From Myxococcota bacterium (lineage in GTDB: Bacteria > Myxococcota_A > UBA9042 > PHBI01 > JAWLBL01), in assembly GCA_041687695.1 (NCBI GenBank), contig JAWLBL010000035.1:1-64000 (forward strand): a stretch of DNA of 64,000 nucleotides, written 5' to 3'. Position numbers and translations under genes: made by a program. The notes under the pieces were generated by a model that was given only the letters and a program-made list of their open reading frames with translations, searched no databases and had not been told where the DNA came from. Below, piece after piece: positions 11,123 through 21,465 of this stretch. The stretch's first letter is position 1, and each line of letters opens with the position of its first letter.

Positions 11123-12463
11123 ATGCGTCAGGTGCTGATCGGCGGAGCGGTGGCGGGGCTGCTGGCCCTGGGGACGGGCTGCGGGACCGAGGGCGGCGCG
11201 ACGCCGCCGGGTGGGACGGCGGACGTGACCGGAGACGTCGGCGGCGGCGAGGGCGACGCCGAGAGCGACACGGCCGAGGCCGACACCAAGGCGCCCGATC
11301 CCGAGTGCACGACCGACGACGACTGCGCGGACAGCGAGGTCGGGCCGGTGTGCAACGTCGAGGCGGGCGCGTGCGAGGCGCTGCCGCGGGCGTGGCAGCT
11401 CGGTGACGGGGACGGCTCGCCCGGGACGGTGACGCTGACGACCATCTTCGAGCCGCAGGACGCCTTCGAGGCGACGGACCTGGAGTTCCACCCGACGCGG
11501 CACGAGCTGTGGGTGGTCAACCGGCCGTTTCACGTCGAGGGCGTGTGCGCCGAGAGCAACCCGTTCAGCGCGCGGTGCCGGTCGCTCGAGGGCACGACGA
11601 CCATCATCTTCGAGCCCGGCACGCCCAACCAGAGCGCCGAGATCCGCGTCGACGGCAACGCGTGGCACTTCATGCGGCGCCCGCCGGCGATGGCGATGGG
11701 CGTGGGCGAGCGCTGGGCGACCTGCGGCGAGGCCGCGACCGGCAACTTCGAGGACAACAGCGTCCAGTTCATCGGGCCGAGCCTATGGTCGAGCGAGCTC
11801 GACGAGTTCGCGACCGACGAGCTCACCTACAAGAACGGCTACAACGGCTCGCACTACGACATGCTGCACGCGACGCCGTGGTGCATGGGCATCGCCCACG
11901 AGCGCGACAACGTCTACTGGGCCTTCAACGGGCACGTCGGGGCGCTCGACCGCTACGACTTCCACGAGGACCACGGCCCGGGCGCCGAGGACCACTCGGA
12001 CGGCGAGATCCACCGCTACGCCGAAGGCCAGGTCGCGCGGGTCGCCGGGGTGCCCAGCCACATGGAGTTCAACGACGACGACCAGCACCTGTACGTCGTC
12101 GACACCGGCAACGAGCGCATCATCAAGCTGGACAGCACCAGCGGCAAGAAGGGCCTGCCGTTCTCGCCGGTCTACGAGCCGCTCGCCGACTACGGCAAGA
12201 TGACTGGCGCGGTCGTCAGCGACGTCGTCTCGGCCGGGCTGCTGGACAAGCCCAGCGGGCTGGCGCTGCACGACGGGCTGCTGTTCGTCAGCGACAACGC
12301 CACCAGCAAGCTGTACGCCTTCGAGCTGGACGGGACCCTGGTGCGCTCGCTGGACACCGGGCTGCCGACGGGGACGTTGGCCGGGCTGGCGGTCGGCCCC
12401 GACGACAAGCTGTACCTGTCGGACCTGCTGACGGGCAGCGTCTACCGGGTCGACCCCAAGTAG
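11123..12463 (+). CDS. Lipoprotein with Cys-rich linker and probable beta-propeller (NHL/YncE-like)
   Basis: GGAGG RBS, LGTGC lipobox, CTTDDDC..C..C linker, blades LYVVDTGNERI, PSGLAL..LFVSDN, GLAVGPDDKLYLSD. Confidence 0.8.
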   Translation: MRQVLIGGAVAGLLALGTGCGTEGGATPPGGTADVTGDVGGGEGDAESDTAEADTKAPDPECTTDDDCADSEVGPVCNVEAGACEALPRAWQLGDGDGSPGTVTLTTIFEPQDAFEATDLEFHPTRHELWVVNRPFHVEGVCAESNPFSARCRSLEGTTTIIFEPGTPNQSAEIRVDGNAWHFMRRPPAMAMGVGERWATCGEAATGNFEDNSVQFIGPSLWSSELDEFATDELTYKNGYNGSHYDMLHATPWCMGIAHERDNVYWAFNGHVGALDRYDFHEDHGPGAEDHSDGEIHRYAEGQVARVAGVPSHMEFNDDDQHLYVVDTGNERIIKLDSTSGKKGLPFSPVYEPLADYGKMTGAVVSDVVSAGLLDKPSGLALHDGLLFVSDNATSKLYAFELDGTLVRSLDTGLPTGTLAGLAVGPDDKLYLSDLLTGSVYRVDPK

Positions 12464-12467
12464 CGTC

Positions 12468-13436
12468 GTGCGGAGACGTCGCTGGTGGGCCCGTCTCTGC
12501 GCGGCGCTGCTGATGGGCGGCGCCGCGCAGGCGCTGCCGTGGGGCGACGCCGCGCGGGCGCACATCGGGCTGGGCATCAAGCCGCAGTTCCTGGCGCCGC
12601 AGGGCTTCGTCGTGGTCGACGGCAGCGCGCCCGTGTCGCTGCGGTACACCAGCTTCGAGGTGCACCCCGAGATGGCCCACACGCTGAGCTACCAGGCGGA
12701 CGGGCTGCCGGCCTCGGCGGGGGTGGCCCAGCGGCTGCGCGACGGGACGCCGATCGCGGTCGAGCCGGCCGCGGCGGCGGTCAACGAGGTGCTGTGGGAC
12801 CTCGGCGACGTCCCGACCGGCGCCTACCACGTGACCAACGAGTACGAGGAGTTCGACTGCATCCTGCTGGAGCTGGCGCCGGCGCTGGTGGTCGTCCAGC
12901 GGCCCGGGGACCCGCCGCCGCTGGGGGTGATGGTCACCGAGCCCTTCGAGCAGTCGGTGCTGGTCGACGGCGCCGCGCCCTTCGAGCTGACGGCCGTGGG
13001 GCCCGCCGGGGTGACGGTCACCGTCGAGGCGGGAGACATGGTGCGCGACCCCGGGCTGCCGGCGGACGCGCTGTGCCAGGAGCTGGTGTGGGCGCCGCGC
13101 TTCGAGGTGCTGACGGACGCGCCGCTCGAGCGCGACGAGGCCGCCGGGCCGGACCGGTGGCGGCTCGAGGCGACGTGGGACACGCGGCAGGTGCCGGACG
13201 GGGCGTATCTGCTGCGGGTGACAGTCAGGGCGCCGTCGGGCGAGGCGACCGTGAGCTACGCGCGGCGCTGGTTCAACGTGGCGCATGCGCCGACCCACCA
13301 GCCCGACGTGGCGGACGGCGACGAGGGTGGCGGGGTCTCGCGCGGCGAGGGCTGCGCGGGCGGGAGCGCGGGTGGCGCCTGGCTGTCGCTGGTGACTTGG
13401 CTGGGGCTCAGACGGCCAGGGCGAAGGGCGGCGTAG
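12468..13436 (+). CDS. Secreted Ig-like protein with MYXO-CTERM-like sorting tail
   Basis: Signal peptide, WDTRQVPDGAYLLRV, C-terminal GC-AGG-hydrophobic-RR tail. Confidence 0.7.
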   Translation: MRRRRWWARLCAALLMGGAAQALPWGDAARAHIGLGIKPQFLAPQGFVVVDGSAPVSLRYTSFEVHPEMAHTLSYQADGLPASAGVAQRLRDGTPIAVEPAAAAVNEVLWDLGDVPTGAYHVTNEYEEFDCILLELAPALVVVQRPGDPPPLGVMVTEPFEQSVLVDGAAPFELTAVGPAGVTVTVEAGDMVRDPGLPADALCQELVWAPRFEVLTDAPLERDEAAGPDRWRLEATWDTRQVPDGAYLLRVTVRAPSGEATVSYARRWFNVAHAPTHQPDVADGDEGGGVSRGEGCAGGSAGGAWLSLVTWLGLRRPGRRAA

Positions 13437-15111
13437 CGGCCAGAACGGCGTCGTGAACGCGCCAGTGGATGCGGCCGGGGCCCAGGTGTTGCCACAGGCC
13501 CGAGCGCTGCAGCACGTCGCGGACGGGACCCTTGACCTCGGCCAGGTGCAGGGTGACGCCCCGGTCGGCCAGCTCGCCCTCGAGGTCGCGCAGGGCGGCC
13601 TCGGCGGAGCTGTCGAGCTGGTTCATGCCCGAGGCGTCGAGGACCACGGCGTGCAGGGTGGCGTCGGCGACGGTGAGGCGGCGCAGCGTGTCTTTGAGGA
13701 AGGTCACGTTGCCGAAGTAGAACTGCGCGTCGACGCGCAGGACGAGCACGCCGGGCGGGGGGACGGCCTCGGGGAAGCGGCGGACGTTGCGGTAGACGTC
13801 GGCGGCGCCGGGCAGGCGGCCGAGCACGGCGAAGTGCGGACGGGTGGTGCGGACCAGGAAGAGGACGAGCGAGGCGGCGACGCCGACGAGGAGGCCGCGG
13901 TCGACGCCCAGGGTGAGGGTGGCGGCGAAGGTGAAGGCGAGCAGGGCGAAGTCGCTGCGCTTGACGGTCCAGAGGCGGCGGGCCTCGCGGTGCTCGACCA
14001 GGCCGACGCAGGCCACGACGATGAGGGCGGCCAGGGCGGCGAGCGGGAGGTGGCGGAAGAGCGGGGTCAGCGCGAGCAGGGTGACGGTGACCAGGGCGGC
14101 GGTGGCGAGGGTGGCCACGGTGGTGCGGGCGCCGGCGCTGGCGTTGACGGCGGTGCGCGAGAAGCTGGTCGCGATGGGGTGCCCCGACAGCAGGCCGCCG
14201 GTGGCGTTGGCGGCGCCGATGGCGAGCAGCTCCTGGTCGGGGTCGATGTCGTAGCGGTGCTTGCGGGCGAACACCTTGCCGACGGAGATGACCTCCATGG
14301 TGCCGACCAGGGCGAGGGTGGCGGCGAGGGGCGCCAGGGCCTGCAGGGTCGGGAGATCGAGGGGCGGCAGGGACAGGGGCGGCAGGCCGCCGGGGACGTG
14401 GCCGACCGTGCGGACGCCGTGGGCGCCGAGGTCGAGGGCCCAGGTGACGAGGGTGCCGAGGGCGACCGCGAGGAGGGCCCCGGGGAGACGAGGCCAGCGG
14501 CGCTTGGCGACGAGCAGCAGGGCGACCGAACCGACGCCGAGGGCGGCGGTCGGGAGGTGGGAGCCGGGCAGATCGCTGGCGAGCTGGCCGAGGGCGGTGT
14601 GGAGCTGGTGAGGGGCGTCGAGCGGGACGCCGAGCAGGTGGCCGAGTTGGCTGCCGGCGATGACGAGGGCGGCGGCCGAGGTGAACCCGCTGACGACGGG
14701 CTGCGAGAGGAAGTTGACCAGGAAGCCGGCGCGGAGGGCGGCCATGAGCATCTGAATGGCGCCGACCATCAGGGCCAGGGTGGCGGCGAGGGCGACGTAG
14801 CCGGAGGTCTGCGGCGGGGCGAAGGCGGCGAGGCCGGCGCCGATGAGCAGGGCGTCGAGGGCGGCCGGGCCGACGCCGAGCTGGCGGGAGGTGCCGAAGA
14901 GGGCGTAGACGACCAGCGGGACGGTCGAGGCGTACAGGCCGACGATGGGCGGCAGGCCGGCGACCAGGGCGTAGGCCATGGCCTGCGGGACCAGCATCAC
15001 GGCGGTCGTGGCGCCGGCGGTGACGTCGGCCGCGAGATCGGCGCGGCGATAGGTGCGCAGCAGCCGCAGGAGCGGCGGGCGCCCCCAGGTCCCCCGGGTC
15101 CCCCGGGTCAA
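13408..15111 (-). CDS. sulP: SulP (SLC26) anion permease with STAS domain
   Basis: VPQAMAYA..AGLP..GLY, FGTSRQL, SFSRTAVN, C-terminal STAS (FGN..LDSSA). TTG start overlapping the upstream stop is inferred. Confidence 0.92.
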   Translation of the reverse strand: MTRGTRGTWGRPPLLRLLRTYRRADLAADVTAGATTAVMLVPQAMAYALVAGLPPIVGLYASTVPLVVYALFGTSRQLGVGPAALDALLIGAGLAAFAPPQTSGYVALAATLALMVGAIQMLMAALRAGFLVNFLSQPVVSGFTSAAALVIAGSQLGHLLGVPLDAPHQLHTALGQLASDLPGSHLPTAALGVGSVALLLVAKRRWPRLPGALLAVALGTLVTWALDLGAHGVRTVGHVPGGLPPLSLPPLDLPTLQALAPLAATLALVGTMEVISVGKVFARKHRYDIDPDQELLAIGAANATGGLLSGHPIATSFSRTAVNASAGARTTVATLATAALVTVTLLALTPLFRHLPLAALAALIVVACVGLVEHREARRLWTVKRSDFALLAFTFAATLTLGVDRGLLVGVAASLVLFLVRTTRPHFAVLGRLPGAADVYRNVRRFPEAVPPPGVLVLRVDAQFYFGNVTFLKDTLRRLTVADATLHAVVLDASGMNQLDSSAEAALRDLEGELADRGVTLHLAEVKGPVRDVLQRSGLWQHLGPGRIHWRVHDAVLAATPPFALAV

Positions 15112-18100
15112 CGTCGGGCGCCCATCGCCTGCAGGCGCCGCTGGGCCAGCGCCCATGTGGACAGGCCCTCGCCGTAGGTCGGCTTGGCGATGCGCGCGTA
15201 GTACATGCGGGCGGCGTCCTCGAGGCCCATGTGCTCGGCGATGCGGCCCAGGATCCACCAGTCGTCCTGCCGGACCTGGCCGTCGGCGTAGGTGCCCGCG
15301 ATCTCGACGAGGCGCTCGTGGGCGGCGGCCAGATCGCCGCGCTCGGCCTGCAGGCAGGCGAGCGTGTGCAGCAGGCTGACGCGCCGGCTCGGGGCCTGGT
15401 CGACGGCGCGCGTCGCGCGGGTGAGGGCGACGTCGAGATCGCCGCCGAACAGGGCGAGCCAGGCGGCGTCGTTCAGGGCCGTGACGGTCGCGTTGGCCGC
15501 GGTGGCGCCTCGCTCGTACAGGCCGCGGGCGCGGTCGTAGTCGCGGACGGAGCCGGCCAGGGTGGCCGCGAGGTGGGTGAGGAACGGGTGCTTGGGCGCC
15601 TTGGCGAGCCCGGCGTCGAGGAGCTTGCCCGCGCCGGCGTCGTCCCCGCGCTCGAACAGCTTCAGGGCGTGCAGGCCGGCGACGACCGGGTCGTCGGGGC
15701 GGGCCTCGGCGAGGCGCTCGAAGGCGGCGTTGGCGAGGTCGGGCCGCTTGGCGTCCAGGTAGCTGTGGGCCAGGACCAGGTCGAGGACCTGCGCCTCGAG
15801 GCCCTTGGCGGCCTTGCGGGCGCGCTCGATCACGGCGCGGTGGGGGGCGGCGCCTTCGCCACGGGCCAGGTAGGTGGCGACGGCGAGGCGGACCCGGGCG
15901 TCGTCGGCGGCCTCGACCGGCCACAGGTGCGCCACGGGGTCGGCGGACAGCGGGTTGGCCGGGTCGGGGTCGGCCACGTGCCCGCGCAACCAGCCCAGCC
16001 AGCGCCGGGCCGCCGCGGGGCGCTTGCGGTCGAGCTGACGGACGGCCTCGGCGGCGAGCGGGCGCAGGTCGTCGTTGGTGGTCAGGACGCGCGCCTGACC
16101 GTCCTCGCGCACGACGTAGACGACCAGACCGTCCGCGTCGTCGTCCTCGGAGTAGACGCGCCAGCCGGTGTCGGCGTCGCCGTCGACCTTCAGCGTGAGG
16201 GAGCTGGCGACGAGGTCGCCCAGGGCCTGCATGCTGAGCGGGACGCTGGACAGACGGCCGGCGTGCACGGCCGCGAGCTTGCGGCGGCGCCCGGCGCTGG
16301 CGGCGAAGACGCCGCTTTGCGACTTGGCGAGCAGCGGGCGCCAGGTGGCCTCGTCCGGGAAGGGCTCGAACAGGGAGGCGTAGAAGAGGCGCGCGGCGTG
16401 CTCGGGCTCGGTGACCTTGCCGACCGTCGAGGGCAGCCAGCGGCGGGCGCTGCGCATCGTAGTGAGGAAGCTGTCGTCGCCGCCGCGGCCCAGCTTCTGC
16501 TGGGCGTCGAGCAGCTGGGCGGCCTCGGTGAAGCGCCCAGCGGTGGCCAGCCAGAGGGCGGCGCTGCCCAGGGTGTTCTGCCGGTCCTGCGGGTTGCCGG
16601 CGAGGCGTGTCGCGAGGCGGGTGGCCGCCTCGGCGCCGTCGGCGGCGGCGACCGCGGCGACGCGCAGGGGGAAGCGCTCGCTGACCGTGGGCAGGCTGCG
16701 CGCGATGGGCTCGACCTCAGCGGCGCGCCCCGCCATGAACAGCGTCTCGAGCCAGGCGGTCTGGTGTTCGGCCTCCTGGCCGAGCTCGGCCGCGCGCTTC
16801 CAGTGCGTGAGCGCGGTCTCGAGGTCCGTGCCGGGGCCCCAGCGGGTGCCGCTGGCGTCGTGCTCGTGCGCGACCGCGACGCGCACATGGGCCAGCGCGT
16901 CCTCGGGGTCGAGCTGGACGACCTTCAGGAAGGCCGCCATGGCGCCCGGCCGGTCCCAGCCGCGCTCGAGCCAGCGACCGACCAAGTCGTGCCCCAGGGT
17001 CCAGCCCAGCGCGCGCCAGGCGTCGGCGTCCTCGGGCCGCTTGGCGACCAGCGCCTTGGCCTGCTCGCGCGCGGCCTCGCCCAGGCCGTAGCGCATCATG
17101 GTCTCGATGAGGAAGTTGCGGCTGGGCGCCTCGCTGGCCGGCAGCGTGACGAGGCGCTCGAGCACGTCGACCGCCTCACGCACCCGGCCGGCCGCCTCGT
17201 GGAGGGCCGCCTCGTGGTCGAAGGTCATGACGGCCGCGTTGGCCTTGTCGAAGCCCTGGATGCCCGCCCACAGGGCGCGCGCCTCGGCCGGGGTCAGGCG
17301 GCGCTGGTTCAAGGTGAAGGCGATGGTCGCCGAGACGGCGCCGTCCGGCTCGAGGGCGTAGCGCTCGGTCAGGCGCGCGGCGGGGCCGACGTCCCAGTCG
17401 CGCGGCTCGGGGACCGGGCGCGCCTTGTACCCGGGGGGCGGGACGATGCGGTAGCGGATCTCGCTGACGAAGGGGTGCTCGACCTGCACGTCGTGGGTGC
17501 GCTTGGCCCAGGCCTGGTCGGCGCGCTCGGGGACGCGCGTGCCCAGCGGCGCCGCCTGCGGGTGGGTGAGGATCTCGGGCAGCCCTCGATAGACCCGCAG
17601 GTGACGCAGGGCGACGCTGGCCTCCCTCTGCGAGGTCCAGGCGACGCCGGCGTCGGCCACCTCGAGCGTGAGCGTCATCGGATCCTGGACCTGCTTGGGG
17701 TCCGTGAAGCGCAGGTCGGTCAGGCGGACGGCGTCGTAGGTCTCCTTGGCGTAGGACTCGAGGTGCGCGCGGAGGCGCTCGGCGTTGGCGGTCGCGTACT
17801 GACCGCGCAGGCCCAGGGCCGGGACGCCGGTGTACTCCGAGGCCTCGACGACGGCGGCCGGGCCGTCGGGCGACAGGCGCACCTCGCGCGTCTCGATGAT
17901 GCGGTTGGCCTGCGCGGCGGCGACCGGGGTCTGGATCAGGCCCTTGGTGGTCGGGGCGGCGACCAGGACGAGGCGGCCCTGGTCCGAGGCGGGCAGCTGG
18001 CCGGCGGCGGCGGCCTCCCAGGTCGGGTCGACCCAGAGCGGCTCGGGGCCGGGGACGAAGACGATGGCGTGGTCGAACTGGTCGAGGCCGGGCAGGTCGT

Positions 18101-19241
18101 CACGCACCTCGCGGCTGTCGCCGACCCGGATGAGCGTGACGTGGGCGTCGACGCCGACCGCGCGCAGCAGGCCCACCAGCAGGGTCGCCTTGTCCTTGCA
18201 GTCGCCGTAGCGGCGGGCCAGCGTCTCGGCCGGCTTGCGCGGGACGATGGCGGCCTCGCCGAACTCGAGGCCCGTGTAGCGCACCTTGTCCTGCACGAGG
18301 GCCAGCAGCCGCGCGACCTTCTCGTCGCGGGTCGCGGCGCCGGCCACGGCCTCGGCCGCCATGGCGTCGAGCGCGTGCCCCTCGAGCTGCGCCTCGACGA
18401 TGGCCGTGTACTCGGCGGCCACGTCGGCCCAGCCCTTCACGGTCGAGTAGGCGACCCTCGGCCAGCGAACGCTGTCCCAGGGCGTGTTCGGCTCGAAGAC
18501 GCGCTCGGCGGCGACCCCTCGCATCTCGAACGTGGTGACGCGCCGGCCGTCCACGGTGGCGGTCTTCGGCTTGAGCTTCAGCGCGTCGAGGACGAAGCGC
18601 GGCTTGACCTTGGGGTCGGCGGCGACGACGAAGCGCATGACGCGCACCGGGTCCTGCGAGGCGAAGTAGAAGGCGCCGGTGGCGCCGGAGCGTGAGAACG
18701 GACGGTGATCGCGCGTGACGACGAGGCTCTCGACGACCGCGCCCGGGGCGACGGCGGGGAGCGGGCCGAACAGGCGCTTGCGATCGGTCAGGACGTCCGG
18801 CGAGTCGGCGCCGACGCCGGCCTCGGTGAGGGTCGCCGGGTCGAGGACGTGGGTGACGCCGTCCGGGGTCACGACGCGGGCGCGGACCTCGGCGCGCTCC
18901 TGGAACCAGGGCGCCCAGTAGCCGCCGATGGTGGCCGAGCCCTGGACCCCGGCGGGCGTCAGGACGCGGCTGATGGTGTGCCAGGCGTGGGTCTCGCGGC
19001 CGTCGGCCTCGAGGGTGACGGTGAGCTGGAAGAGGAGGATCTCGGTGTCAACGCCTTCGAGGGCCGCGGGGTCGGGCGCGGCGGCGGCGACCTCGAGCAG
19101 GCGGGCCGGGTCGACCGACAGCGGCGGCGCGGTGTGCCAGTCCGGCGGCGCGGCGGACGCAGGGCCCGTCAGGGCGAGCAGCGCCAGGGCGGCGAACAGC
19201 GCGTGATGGATCGTGGAGACAATGGCGACGCGGCGAGACAT
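15108..19241 (-). CDS. Secreted DUF3857 + transglutaminase-like + TPR protein
   Basis: Signal peptide; VRYTGLEFG, GDCKDKA / FDHAI / WVDPT Cys-His-Asp triad; helical TPR-like C-terminal half. Confidence 0.85.
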   Translation of the reverse strand: MSRRVAIVSTIHHALFAALALLALTGPASAAPPDWHTAPPLSVDPARLLEVAAAAPDPAALEGVDTEILLFQLTVTLEADGRETHAWHTISRVLTPAGVQGSATIGGYWAPWFQERAEVRARVVTPDGVTHVLDPATLTEAGVGADSPDVLTDRKRLFGPLPAVAPGAVVESLVVTRDHRPFSRSGATGAFYFASQDPVRVMRFVVAADPKVKPRFVLDALKLKPKTATVDGRRVTTFEMRGVAAERVFEPNTPWDSVRWPRVAYSTVKGWADVAAEYTAIVEAQLEGHALDAMAAEAVAGAATRDEKVARLLALVQDKVRYTGLEFGEAAIVPRKPAETLARRYGDCKDKATLLVGLLRAVGVDAHVTLIRVGDSREVRDDLPGLDQFDHAIVFVPGPEPLWVDPTWEAAAAGQLPASDQGRLVLVAAPTTKGLIQTPVAAAQANRIIETREVRLSPDGPAAVVEASEYTGVPALGLRGQYATANAERLRAHLESYAKETYDAVRLTDLRFTDPKQVQDPMTLTLEVADAGVAWTSQREASVALRHLRVYRGLPEILTHPQAAPLGTRVPERADQAWAKRTHDVQVEHPFVSEIRYRIVPPPGYKARPVPEPRDWDVGPAARLTERYALEPDGAVSATIAFTLNQRRLTPAEARALWAGIQGFDKANAAVMTFDHEAALHEAAGRVREAVDVLERLVTLPASEAPSRNFLIETMMRYGLGEAAREQAKALVAKRPEDADAWRALGWTLGHDLVGRWLERGWDRPGAMAAFLKVVQLDPEDALAHVRVAVAHEHDASGTRWGPGTDLETALTHWKRAAELGQEAEHQTAWLETLFMAGRAAEVEPIARSLPTVSERFPLRVAAVAAADGAEAATRLATRLAGNPQDRQNTLGSAALWLATAGRFTEAAQLLDAQQKLGRGGDDSFLTTMRSARRWLPSTVGKVTEPEHAARLFYASLFEPFPDEATWRPLLAKSQSGVFAASAGRRRKLAAVHAGRLSSVPLSMQALGDLVASSLTLKVDGDADTGWRVYSEDDDADGLVVYVVREDGQARVLTTNDDLRPLAAEAVRQLDRKRPAAARRWLGWLRGHVADPDPANPLSADPVAHLWPVEAADDARVRLAVATYLARGEGAAPHRAVIERARKAAKGLEAQVLDLVLAHSYLDAKRPDLANAAFERLAEARPDDPVVAGLHALKLFERGDDAGAGKLLDAGLAKAPKHPFLTHLAATLAGSVRDYDRARGLYERGATAANATVTALNDAAWLALFGGDLDVALTRATRAVDQAPSRRVSLLHTLACLQAERGDLAAAHERLVEIAGTYADGQVRQDDWWILGRIAEHMGLEDAARMYYARIAKPTYGEGLSTWALAQRRLQAMGARR

Positions 19242-19468
19242 GTGAACCCCCCCAGGCGAGCCGTCCTAGCATGAAGGCGCGAGCCGGCGCCACAGTGCGG
19301 GGCGTTCGCGGGGGCCGGCTGACACGGCCGGCCGGGCGGGGCGCCGAGCGTGTAGAGGAATGCCACACGGGCGGTCGTGCCGGGCGCGGAGGGGCCGCGC
19401 AGTGGCTGGAGGGGCGCGGCTGGCACGCGACGTGAAACGGGCCGGGACGCACCCCGAGGACGAGGAGG

Positions 19469-20317
19469 ATGACGATGGCGTGGCTACAGCACGAGGGCGC
19501 GCGGCTCTGGTTCGAGACGGCGGGCGACCGGGGCACGCGGGTGCTGCTGATCATGGGGTTCGCGGTGCCCGGGCGGGTCTGGGAGCCGCAGGTCGAGGCG
19601 CTGAGCCGGCATCACCGGGTCGTGTGGTACGACAACCGCGGGTCGGGCGCGACGCGGGCGCGGGCGGGGCTGTACTCGATGACGCAGCTGGCGCGCGACG
19701 CGCGGGCGCTGATGGATCACCTGGGCTGGCGCGACGCGCACGTGGTCGGGGCGTCGATGGGCGGGATGATCGCGCAGGAGCTGGCGCTGGGCGCGCGCGA
19801 GCGGGTGCGGACGCTGGCGCTGGTGGCGACGCACGCGGGCGGCGGGCTGCGGACCCTGGTGCCGAGCCGGCGGGGGCTGGGGGCGCTGGCGCGGGCGAGC
19901 GTGGGCCCGCTGGAGCAGCGCGTGGCCGGGTGGCGACGGCTGATGTTCCCCGAAGCGTACCTGGCCGAGTGCGACCGCGAGGCGGTGGACGCGGGGCTGG
20001 CCCGGGACTTCGGGCCGATGCCCAAGGCGTCGCTGCGGCTGTCGCAGATCGCGGCCATGGTGGGGCACGACACGCGGCGGCGGCTGGCGCGGCTGGAGGG
20101 GCTGCCGACGCTGGTGGTGCAGCCGGACCAGGATCTGCTCATCGCGCCCGAGCGGTGCGCGGCGCTGACGGCGCTGATTCCGGGCGCGCGGGGCGTCGTG
20201 GTGCGGGGCGCTGGGCACGCGGTGACCGGGCAGTGCGCCGATCAGGTCAACGCGATGCTGCTGGAGCACTTCCGGGCGGTCGACGCGACGCCCGTGCGGG
20301 CGGTCAGCGCGGCTTGA
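19469..20317 (+). CDS. Alpha/beta hydrolase
   Basis: GAGGAGG RBS; DNRGSG, GASMGG nucleophile elbow, D..I, GAGH. Confidence 0.9.
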   Translation: MTMAWLQHEGARLWFETAGDRGTRVLLIMGFAVPGRVWEPQVEALSRHHRVVWYDNRGSGATRARAGLYSMTQLARDARALMDHLGWRDAHVVGASMGGMIAQELALGARERVRTLALVATHAGGGLRTLVPSRRGLGALARASVGPLEQRVAGWRRLMFPEAYLAECDREAVDAGLARDFGPMPKASLRLSQIAAMVGHDTRRRLARLEGLPTLVVQPDQDLLIAPERCAALTALIPGARGVVVRGAGHAVTGQCADQVNAMLLEHFRAVDATPVRAVSAA

Positions 20318-21251
20318 GGCGCTGGGCCGCGGCGCGGCGAGAGGCGACGACCAGGACGACGGCGGCGACGATGAGGGCGGCGGCGAGGGCGGTCCGCGGG
20401 GCGAGGGCCTCGCCGAGGACCACCCAGCCGAGGAGCACGGCGACCACCGGGTTGACGAAGGCGTAGGTGGCGACGGCGGCGGCCGAGGCGTTGCGGGCGA
20501 GCCAGACGAAGGCGCTGAAGGCGACGATGGAGCCGAAGACGGTGAGGTAGGCGACGGCGAGGACCGAGGAGGCGCTGACGGCGGCGAGGTCGAGGCGGGC
20601 CCACTCGCCGGTGGCCGAGCCGAGCAGGGCGAGGAGGGCGCCGCCGGCGAGCATCTGGAGGGCGGAGGACATCAGGGGCGAGGGCGGCAGGGCGGCGCGG
20701 CGGGCGTAGAGGGTGCCGAGGGCCCAGGAGGCGGCGGAGACGACGAGGACGAGCAGGCCGAGCCAGGAGGCGGAGGTGGGGGTGGCGCCGGGGGCGACGA
20801 GGACGGCGACGCCGGACAGGCCGAGGGCGAGGGCGGTGAGGACGAGGCCGCTCGGGCGGGGGCCGCGGAAGAGGAGCCAGTCGAAGAGGACGACCCAGAG
20901 GCTGACGGTGGCGATGAGGAGGGCGGCGAGGCCGGTGGAGACGGTCTGCTCGGCCCAGGTGACGAGGCCGTTGCCGCCGAGCATGAGGAGGGCGCCGGCG
21001 AGGGTGGCGGCGCGCCAGGCGGCGGCGGGCGGGGCGGGGGCGCCGCGGAGGCGGGCGACGCCGTAGAGGAGGGCGCCGGCGGCGAGGAAGCGGACGCCGG
21101 CGAGGAGGAAGGGCGGGAGGGTCTCGAGGGCGATGGCGATGCCGAGGTAGGTCGAGCCCCAGATGAGGTAGATGGCCGCGAAGGCGGCGACGAACCAGGC
21201 GGTGCGGGGGGCGACGGGGGCGGCGGGCGCGGTGGGGAGGGCGAGGGACAC
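20304..21251 (-). CDS. EamA/DMT family transporter (YedA-like)
   Basis: IYLIWGSTY, PPFLLAGVRF, YAFVNPVVAVLLG; about 10 TM segments. GTG start after GGAG. Confidence 0.9.
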   Translation of the reverse strand: MSLALPTAPAAPVAPRTAWFVAAFAAIYLIWGSTYLGIAIALETLPPFLLAGVRFLAAGALLYGVARLRGAPAPPAAAWRAATLAGALLMLGGNGLVTWAEQTVSTGLAALLIATVSLWVVLFDWLLFRGPRPSGLVLTALALGLSGVAVLVAPGATPTSASWLGLLVLVVSAASWALGTLYARRAALPPSPLMSSALQMLAGGALLALLGSATGEWARLDLAAVSASSVLAVAYLTVFGSIVAFSAFVWLARNASAAAVATYAFVNPVVAVLLGWVVLGEALAPRTALAAALIVAAVVLVVASRRAAAQRLKPR

Positions 21252-21354
21252 GGGGGGCTCCGGGGTGCGAGCGGGTGCTGGCGGCGCTCGGGGCCGGCGG
21301 CAGCATGGGGAGCATGCGCCTGGGACGCGAACCGTGACAGATGCAGGTGATTCG

Positions 21355-21373
21355 AATTGTTTCGGGTACAGTT
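21355..21373. promoter_or_regulatory. Candidate MocR operator, imperfect palindrome AATTGT-N7-ACAGTT
   Basis: AT-rich inverted repeat between the divergent eamA and mocR genes; extra ACTGT/ACAG half-sites at about 21337, 21386 and 21411. Confidence 0.55.
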
Positions 21374-21465
21374 CGGCAGGGGCGGACTGTGCTGGTCGCG
21401 CGGGTGGGCGACTGTGTCTGTCGGCGAGGGGCGCCTCGGGGCAAGGTCGGGGCGTGGAGGGAGCG

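Noticed and set aside
19421..19436. TGGCAC-GCGAC-GTGAA upstream of the hydrolase
   Set aside because: -12 element reads GA rather than GC; possible variant promoter but not listed as a feature.
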